Part shown: positions 7,034-11,736 of the stretch, one piece after another
How the letters are laid out: each line of letters opens with the position of its first letter
How positions within the stretch are numbered: the first letter of the stretch is position 1
NCBI GenBank assembly: GCA_041752695.1
Contig: JBGSVZ010000119.1
Location: forward strand, 1-11,736
Direction of reading: 5' to 3'
DNA from: Terrimicrobiaceae bacterium
GTDB lineage: Bacteria > Verrucomicrobiota > Verrucomicrobiia > Chthoniobacterales > Terrimicrobiaceae
Length of the DNA stretch: 11,736 bases
The notes under the pieces: generated by a model
What the model was told of the DNA's origin: nothing
Databases searched by the model: none
Seen by the model: the letters and a program-made list of their open reading frames with translations, nothing else
Position numbers and translations under genes: made by a program

Positions 7034-7552
7034 CTATTCCTTCCAGTCGTTTTTCTTCGAGAGGGTCGTGGGATTGGCGTACTCGCCGATGATTTTGCCC
7101 TCTGCGTAGGCGCGGATCCAGATGCCGTGGACCTTGTCGCGGGCGCGGGCAGCTGCCCCGGAGTTGTAGCTCCACCCGCCGTCGAGATCTTCGGTGGTGA
7201 GCTTGAATGGCTTGGTCTCAAACGTGACCGTGGCATTCGACGCCAGGTCCTTCAGAATTTCGCTTCCACGGTGGGACGTGGCCACGGCCCGTTCCGTGCT
7301 TCCCGCCTGCTCGTCGGACAGGAAAATCATGTACTTCACCTGAACCTCCGGCATCGTTTTGAACCGTTTGTTCTGCACCGTGACATTGTAAACGATCTCC
7401 TTGGTCGTGACGGTGACGTTTTCCCCCCGCTGTTTTTGCTCATCGAGCTTCTTCTTGGCGGCCGTGATCTGGACGTCCTGAAGCTGGGCAAAGGCGGGAA
7501 AGGCCATCCCCAAAAAGACCGCCAGGAGTTGCCCGATACGGGGAGTTTTCAT
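7034..7552 (-). CDS. Hypothetical secreted protein
   Basis: Signal peptide MKTPRIGQLLAVFLGMAFPAFA|Q, natural Lys/Thr/Val-rich composition, and it fills the gap between flanking genes. Its stop abuts the convergent stop at 7033. Confidence 0.8.
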   Translation of the reverse strand: MKTPRIGQLLAVFLGMAFPAFAQLQDVQITAAKKKLDEQKQRGENVTVTTKEIVYNVTVQNKRFKTMPEVQVKYMIFLSDEQAGSTERAVATSHRGSEILKDLASNATVTFETKPFKLTTEDLDGGWSYNSGAAARARDKVHGIWIRAYAEGKIIGEYANPTTLSKKNDWKE

Positions 7553-7606
7553 GCGCTAAGGCTCTTCGTTTTTCCTGGGCCTGTCGAGCCGGAAAGCCCG
7601 CCGCAC

Positions 7607-7635
7607 TTGCCTTCCGGCCGCTTTGCGGCTAGCGT
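7607..7635 (+). promoter_or_regulatory. Putative sigma70 promoter of the dehydrogenase operon
   Basis: TTGCCT-17 bp-TAGCGT, followed by the 5'UTR hairpin GCCGCC-tgcg-GGCGGC (7642-7657) just before ATG 7662. Confidence 0.4.
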
Positions 7636-7661
7636 GATGACGCCGCCTGCGGGCGGCTATT

Positions 7662-8888
7662 ATGGCAAACGTTATGGTCATGGGAATCGGCGGCGTCGGT
7701 TCCGTTATTGGACAGAAACTTCACGAGTTTGATTGTTTCGATCGCATTGTGCTGGCGGATATGGATCCCATTTTCGCCCAGCAGCTCGCGGCGCGAACGT
7801 CGAAAAACCGCTACGTGGTGGTGCAGGCCAACGCGATGGATACCGCCGGACTGACGGCTCTGATGAAGGAGCACAATGTGACGGTCACCTGCAACGCCTG
7901 CACGTGTCACACCAACCACTCCGTCTTGGAAGCCTGCCTGCGGGCGGGTTCGCATTACCTCGATATGGCGGCGGATATTTATTCGCCCCCCGGGGTCAAG
8001 CGCCCGGGCAAAAACTCGTTCGAGGCCGAGATCGAAAAATTTAACGATGCCTACCTCGACCGCGGGCTGGCCGGCATCCTATGCATGGGGATGGACCCCG
8101 GCGCGGTGAATGTTTTCGCGCGCTGGGCGATGGATCGGCTCGATACTGCGTCCAGCATCCGCGTGCTCGATGCCGACAATGCCGAGGTGAAAGGCTATCG
8201 GTTTGCCGCTCTCTTTTCGCCCGAGACGCTTTTCGAAGAATTGAATGCGGTTCCGTACTACGTCAAGGAAGGCAAGATCACCGCAGGCAAACCCCTCGAG
8301 ACGGAAGTGAGCTGGCACCGGTTTCCCGATCCGATTGGCTTGGTGAAAACCTACGCCGTCGCCCACGAAGAGGGCGTGAGCCTGGGGACGTATCCGCCCT
8401 TCCAAGAAAAAGGCGTGAAATATTCCGTCTTCAAATACGCCCTCACCGAGCCCGTGCTGAACCTGGCCCGCTCGATCGATCTGCTCCAGCTCGACACTTG
8501 GAAAAAGATCAAGGTGGACGGCGTGGAAGTCGCCCCGATCCGGGTGGCCACGGCCAAGTTGCCGAAGCCCGCCCAGCTGGGCGCGACCGTCGATGGCTAT
8601 TCCTGCGTGGGCACCGAAGTGCGCGGCACCAAGGACCGCAAGCGGGTGGAATATTTCATCTACACGATGGACAGCCACCGCGACACCTACGAACGCTACG
8701 GGTATTCGCTCACTGTCGTACAGACCGGCATCCCGCCCGCCCTCACGGCAAAACTCCTGGCCACGGGTAAAATTACCGAGCGTGGTGTGATGATGCCGGA
8801 GGCCCTTGACCCCGAGGAATTGATGAACAATTTCAGCCGCGAAGGCCTCCCGATCTTTGTCGAGAAACGCGAAGTCGAACGCCTCTGA
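7662..8888 (+). CDS. Saccharopine dehydrogenase family protein (carboxy(nor)spermidine dehydrogenase-like)
   Basis: Rossmann GIGGVG, ACLRAGSHYLDMA, GMDPGAVNVF, FSPETLFEE, HEEG, TGIPPAL and GVMMPE. Confidence 0.88.
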   Translation: MANVMVMGIGGVGSVIGQKLHEFDCFDRIVLADMDPIFAQQLAARTSKNRYVVVQANAMDTAGLTALMKEHNVTVTCNACTCHTNHSVLEACLRAGSHYLDMAADIYSPPGVKRPGKNSFEAEIEKFNDAYLDRGLAGILCMGMDPGAVNVFARWAMDRLDTASSIRVLDADNAEVKGYRFAALFSPETLFEELNAVPYYVKEGKITAGKPLETEVSWHRFPDPIGLVKTYAVAHEEGVSLGTYPPFQEKGVKYSVFKYALTEPVLNLARSIDLLQLDTWKKIKVDGVEVAPIRVATAKLPKPAQLGATVDGYSCVGTEVRGTKDRKRVEYFIYTMDSHRDTYERYGYSLTVVQTGIPPALTAKLLATGKITERGVMMPEALDPEELMNNFSREGLPIFVEKREVERL

Positions 8889-10309
8889 TGAAACCCTTTT
8901 ACCTCGAGGGAGCCTGGGAAGAGTCCTCCGCCAGCCACACGGTCACCAACCCCTGGAATGGCGAGCCCATGGCCGACGTGAGCCTGGCCGATGCCGGGCA
9001 GGTGGAACGCGCCGTGGCTTCCGCCCACGCCGCGTTTGGCATCACGCGTTCCCAACCGGCCTGGCGGCGCTCGCAGGTCCTCACGCGCATCGCCGATCTC
9101 ATCGGCGAACGCCGCACCGAGTTTGTGGACACCATCATCGCCGAGGCTGGCAAGCCGGTGGTTTTTGCCGAGGCGGAAACCGACCGCGCGCAAATGACCT
9201 TCCGCTTCGCCGCGCAGCTCGCCCTCGCCGATGAGGGGCACGGCATCCGCATGGATGGCAGCCCTCCCGGTGTCGGACACTTCGGCCTGGTGAAACGTTT
9301 CCCCATGGGCGTCATCCTCGGCATCACTCCCTTCAATTTTCCGCTCAACCTCGTCGCGCACAAAGTCGCGCCCTGCCTGGCGACGGGCAACACGATGGTC
9401 CTGAAACCCGCGCTCAAGACCCCCCTCACCTCGCTCCTCCTGGCCGAGGTGCTACACGAGGCGGGCGTGCCGGCCGGGCAGATCAATGTGGTCCCCTTCG
9501 ACCACGAACACATCCCTCCCCTCCTCACCGACCCCCGCATCAAGATGCTCAGCTTCACCGGCAGCGCCGAAGTGGGCTGGAAGTTAAAATCGGACGCCGC
9601 GAAAATGAAGGTGGCCCTCGAACTCGGCGGCAACGCGGCGGTGGTCGTCGAGGACGACGCCGATTGGAAACCCGCCGTCCCAAAAATTGCCGCCGGGGCT
9701 TATGGATACGCCGGACAATCCTGCATCAGCGTCCAACGCATCCTCGTCCACTCCGCGATCTACGCCGAATTCCGGGACGCCCTGGTGGCGTTTGTGACAG
9801 AAAAAATCTTTGCGGGAGACCCCTCCGACCGGACCACCGTGGTCGGCCCCATGATCAATGTCTCCGCGCGCGACAAGGTGGTCGGTTGGGTCGCCGAGGC
9901 CAAAGCCCTGGGTGCCCGCCTGCTCACCCCGCTGCGCACCGAGGACCCGCACCTGCTCTGGCCGGTCCTGCTGGAAAACGCCCCCGCCGGATGCGCGGCC
10001 GTCTCCCAGGAGGCCTTCGCTCCCCTCGCCGTGCTCGAATCCTACGACTCGTTCGAGGAAGCCCTCACCAAAGTCAACGACTCCGCCTTTGGCCTTCAGG
10101 CCGGCATTTTCACCGCCAACATCACCAAGGCCCTCCGCGCCTTCGACGAACTCGAAGTGGGCGGCGTGATGGTGAATCAGGTGCCCACCTTCCGCGTGGA
10201 AAACATGCCCTACGGCGGCGTGAAAGACAGCGGGTTCGGCCGCGAGGGACTGCGCTACGCCATGGAAGAAATGACCGAACCGCGCAGCCTCGTCATCAAC
10301 GCGGGTTAG
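8888..10309 (+). CDS. NAD(P)-dependent aldehyde dehydrogenase
   Basis: ITPFNFPLNLVAHK, FTGSAEVG, LELGGNA (catalytic Glu), GQSCIS (catalytic Cys), EAFAP and PYGGVKDSGFGREG. Coupled to the upstream gene by TGATG. Confidence 0.96.
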   Translation: MKPFYLEGAWEESSASHTVTNPWNGEPMADVSLADAGQVERAVASAHAAFGITRSQPAWRRSQVLTRIADLIGERRTEFVDTIIAEAGKPVVFAEAETDRAQMTFRFAAQLALADEGHGIRMDGSPPGVGHFGLVKRFPMGVILGITPFNFPLNLVAHKVAPCLATGNTMVLKPALKTPLTSLLLAEVLHEAGVPAGQINVVPFDHEHIPPLLTDPRIKMLSFTGSAEVGWKLKSDAAKMKVALELGGNAAVVVEDDADWKPAVPKIAAGAYGYAGQSCISVQRILVHSAIYAEFRDALVAFVTEKIFAGDPSDRTTVVGPMINVSARDKVVGWVAEAKALGARLLTPLRTEDPHLLWPVLLENAPAGCAAVSQEAFAPLAVLESYDSFEEALTKVNDSAFGLQAGIFTANITKALRAFDELEVGGVMVNQVPTFRVENMPYGGVKDSGFGREGLRYAMEEMTEPRSLVINAG

Positions 10310-10335
10310 CAAAATTCGGAAAGCGCGACGAACCA

Positions 10336-10400
10336 CTGTAGCCCGCACCGCCGGGGCGGTTCTCGTCATGCCGTCCCAGCGGGACGGCCTACAGTTCGTG
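10336..10400. repeat. GTAG-tagged REP doublet (REPIN-like), copy 1
   Basis: CTGTAG...CTACAG ends (10336-10394). Plus unit GTAG-CCCGCACC-GCC-GGGGCGGT and minus unit GTAG-GCCGTCCC-GCT-GGGACGGC are related palindromes in inverted orientation. Confidence 0.75.
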
Positions 10401-10420
10401 GTGTCTCTTCCCCAAGGTGC

Positions 10421-10450
10421 GGACCAAACGGATCTTGGCCCTCCATTTTC
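10421..10450 (-). repeat. Single GGAG-tagged REP-like palindrome
   Basis: Minus strand TGGAG-GGCCAA-gatccgt-TTGGTCC. CCCTCCATTTTC (10439-10450) is identical to 1217-1228. Confidence 0.45.
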
Positions 10451-10477
10451 TCTGACCCTAAAACCGGAAATGGAATT

Positions 10478-10612
10478 TTACAGAAGGCAACGAAGGTAAC
10501 GGAGGCTGAAAGGCTTGAAAAAAAACGATTCCCGATTCCGAGTCACCTTCTGGGTGAACTGCGGCGTTTTCGCAACTCCATAATTCTTAGCGATCTTCGT
10601 TACCTTCTGTAA
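10478..10612. repeat. Gene-less inverted-repeat element with 9-bp-periodic arms (MITE-like)
   Basis: Left arm TTACAGAAGGCAACGAAGGTAACGGAG (10478-10504). Right arm reverse complement TTACAGAAGGTAACGAAGATCGCTAAG (10586-10612). Outer 18 bp match 17/18, with an 81-bp spacer. Confidence 0.8.
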
Positions 10613-10691
10613 GCTCATCCTCTTTTTTAAGCTGTCTGTTCCTCGTTGGACGTGAGGCGCATTTACACAAAACCATCTTCCCCAATTTCGA

Positions 10692-10720
10692 TTGTGTTGC
10701 ACATTCTTCATGTGTAGGAT
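10692..10720 (+). promoter_or_regulatory. Putative vapBC promoter with operator palindrome
   Basis: TTGTGT-17 bp-TAGGAT, 6 nt before GTG 10727. CACAT-N5-ATGTG (10700-10714) lies in the spacer, as expected for TA autorepression. Confidence 0.55.
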
Positions 10721-10726
10721 CCCTGT

Positions 10727-10933
10727 GTGGCAACAAATCTTCAGATCGACCAGTCGCTGCTTGAGCAAGCCAAGTCGCTGGCTGGCCTGGCCACCAAACG
10801 GGAAACAGTGAATGAGGCCCTCAAAGAATTTATTCAAAGTCGCCTCCGCAGGCAACTTTTACAGCTTCGTGGGCAAATCGAGTATTTTGAGGACTACGAT
10901 TACAAGGCTCTCCGCCGGGATAAGCATTTATGA
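10727..10933 (+). CDS. vapB: Type II antitoxin, VapB (ribbon-helix-helix type)
   Basis: MATNLQIDQSLLEQAKSLAGLATKRETVNEALKEFI matches the TN.IDD.LL..A....G..TK...V..AL VapB pattern. 68 aa, ATGA overlap with the PIN gene. Confidence 0.9.
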   Translation: MATNLQIDQSLLEQAKSLAGLATKRETVNEALKEFIQSRLRRQLLQLRGQIEYFEDYDYKALRRDKHL

Positions 10934-11328
10934 TTGCCTGTGACACCTCGGCGTTGTCGCAATTTCTCAGACGTTCCCCAGACTCCCTCAATGACGTGGC
11001 CCACACGGTTGAACGACTCATCGATTCCAACGAAATGGCCCTGTTCGGAATCGTTCGGCAAGAGCTTCTCTCGGGCATCAAGCTACCCGCGCATTTCGAG
11101 CGCATAAACCTCACCACTCAAGCACTTCCGCTATTTTTTGCGGAGGACCAAGATCACACGAAAGCTGCGCAATTTTTTAATGTCTGTCGATCGAATGGCA
11201 TTCAAGGCTCCCCCATCGACTTTTTGATCTGCGCGATGGCTGTAAGGCGGAAATTTCTCATCTACACGACAGACCCGGATTTCGCGATGTATGAACCCTT
11301 CATCCCGATCGAGCTCTATCGCCCATGA
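10930..11328 (+). CDS. vapC: Type II toxin, VapC PIN-domain ribonuclease
   Basis: DTS, QELLSG, IDFLICAMA and TTDPDF supply the conserved PIN acidic residues; 132 aa. Confidence 0.93.
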   Translation: MIACDTSALSQFLRRSPDSLNDVAHTVERLIDSNEMALFGIVRQELLSGIKLPAHFERINLTTQALPLFFAEDQDHTKAAQFFNVCRSNGIQGSPIDFLICAMAVRRKFLIYTTDPDFAMYEPFIPIELYRP

Positions 11329-11422
11329 ATGGCGGACGCTTACATTCTTCGACTGCGGAAAAAATGGGTGCCGGACTTTGATTTGGCCTGAAGAAGATCG
11401 TTAGAGAGAATCTTCCCCCTCA

Positions 11423-11442
11423 GGGATAAATCCTTTTATCCC
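11423..11442. other. Perfect 8-bp hairpin downstream of vapC (possible terminator or operator)
   Basis: GGGATAAA-tcct-TTTATCCC. No U-tract follows, so its function is uncertain. Confidence 0.35.
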
Positions 11443-11498
11443 GCACCGCCGGGGCGGCTCTCCTCCCGCCGTTTCAGCGGAACGGCCTACCGCTCGTG
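11440..11498. repeat. GTAG-tagged REP doublet, copy 2 (direct repeat of 10342-10400)
   Basis: 50/59 identical to copy 1 by manual ungapped alignment. The left GTAG is lost and the right CTAC is retained. Confidence 0.85.
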
Positions 11499-11556
11499 AA
11501 ACGGAAATGAAAGCCACGGATTTAGCCTAACAAGCTCTATCCTGCCAGAGGCGCAT

Positions 11557-11585
11557 TTGACACGAGAACCGTGTTTCACTATTTT
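11557..11585 (+). promoter_or_regulatory. Putative sigma70 promoter with palindrome
   Basis: TTGACA-17 bp-TATTTT, with ACACG-N5-CGTGT (11560-11574) overlapping the -35 and spacer. ATG lies 7 nt after the -10. Confidence 0.5.
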
Positions 11586-11592
11586 TGTGGCG

Positions 11593-11646
11593 ATGAAAGT
11601 AAGCGTCACACAAGGCGCCCAAGACGAATGGCTTGATTTTTCATAG
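11593..11646 (+). other. 17-aa small ORF MKVSVTQGAQDEWLDFS (leader peptide or truncated gene remnant)
   Basis: ATG at a leaderless position behind the promoter above. Its TAG stop lies inside the left arm of the 11641-11677 inverted repeat. Confidence 0.3.
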
Positions 11647-11677
11647 GCGTCAGAGGCGCGATCTATGACGCCTATGA
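11641..11677. repeat. Inverted repeat with 9-bp-periodic arms
   Basis: TCATAGGCG TCAGAG-N7-CTATGA CGCCTATGA; outer 12 bp perfect, 14/15 overall. Confidence 0.8.
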
Positions 11678-11736
11678 TGTTTCAGGCGGCTGCCTGGAGA
11701 GGAGTCCGGCGGGCTTTGAGCCAGTTTTCCGGGGTG

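Noticed and set aside
4151..10369. Other long alternative-frame or antisense ORFs (e.g. 4814-5728, 5374-6189, 6251-6880, 7127-7732, 8696-9361, 9584-10369)
   Set aside because: They overlap well-supported genes and have no recognisable domains.
10478..10855. 125-aa minus-strand ORF
   Set aside because: It is antisense to vapB and its promoter and runs through the inverted-repeat element, so it is not a credible protein.
10342..11498. Direct repeats as a CRISPR array or IS ends
   Set aside because: Only two copies, 59 bp long and 1.1 kb apart, with no cas or transposase gene.
11388..11535. Integron attC-like half motifs (CTGAAGAAGATCGTTAGAG near 11400; GCCTAAC at 11525-11531)
   Set aside because: Neither has a matching partner box to form a complete attC, GTTAGAG misses the GTTRRRY consensus, and there is no integrase in the window.

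Overview
GC-rich bacterial chromosomal window. Gene content and style suggest Verrucomicrobiota/PVC, but this is inference only. Left to right: a TTC38-like TPR gene running off the left edge (absent from the ORF track); a minus-strand ccsA/hemX-like-hemA-hemC heme operon with C-terminally short HemA and HemC; a 3D-domain lipoprotein; cysS; a GxxExxY PD-(D/E)xK gene bracketed by 27-bp inverted repeats built of 9-bp units; a stand-alone GlmU-like acetyltransferase; a secreted hypothetical protein; a saccharopine/carboxynorspermidine-dehydrogenase-family plus ALDH operon; and an AT-richer vapBC module between two 59-bp REP-like direct repeats. The most unusual signal is non-coding. Three sequence-unrelated inverted-repeat elements share a 9-bp-periodic architecture, one carrying the GxxExxY nuclease and two empty. 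The region after ALDH also looks like a repeated REP-spacer-promoter-gene scaffold.
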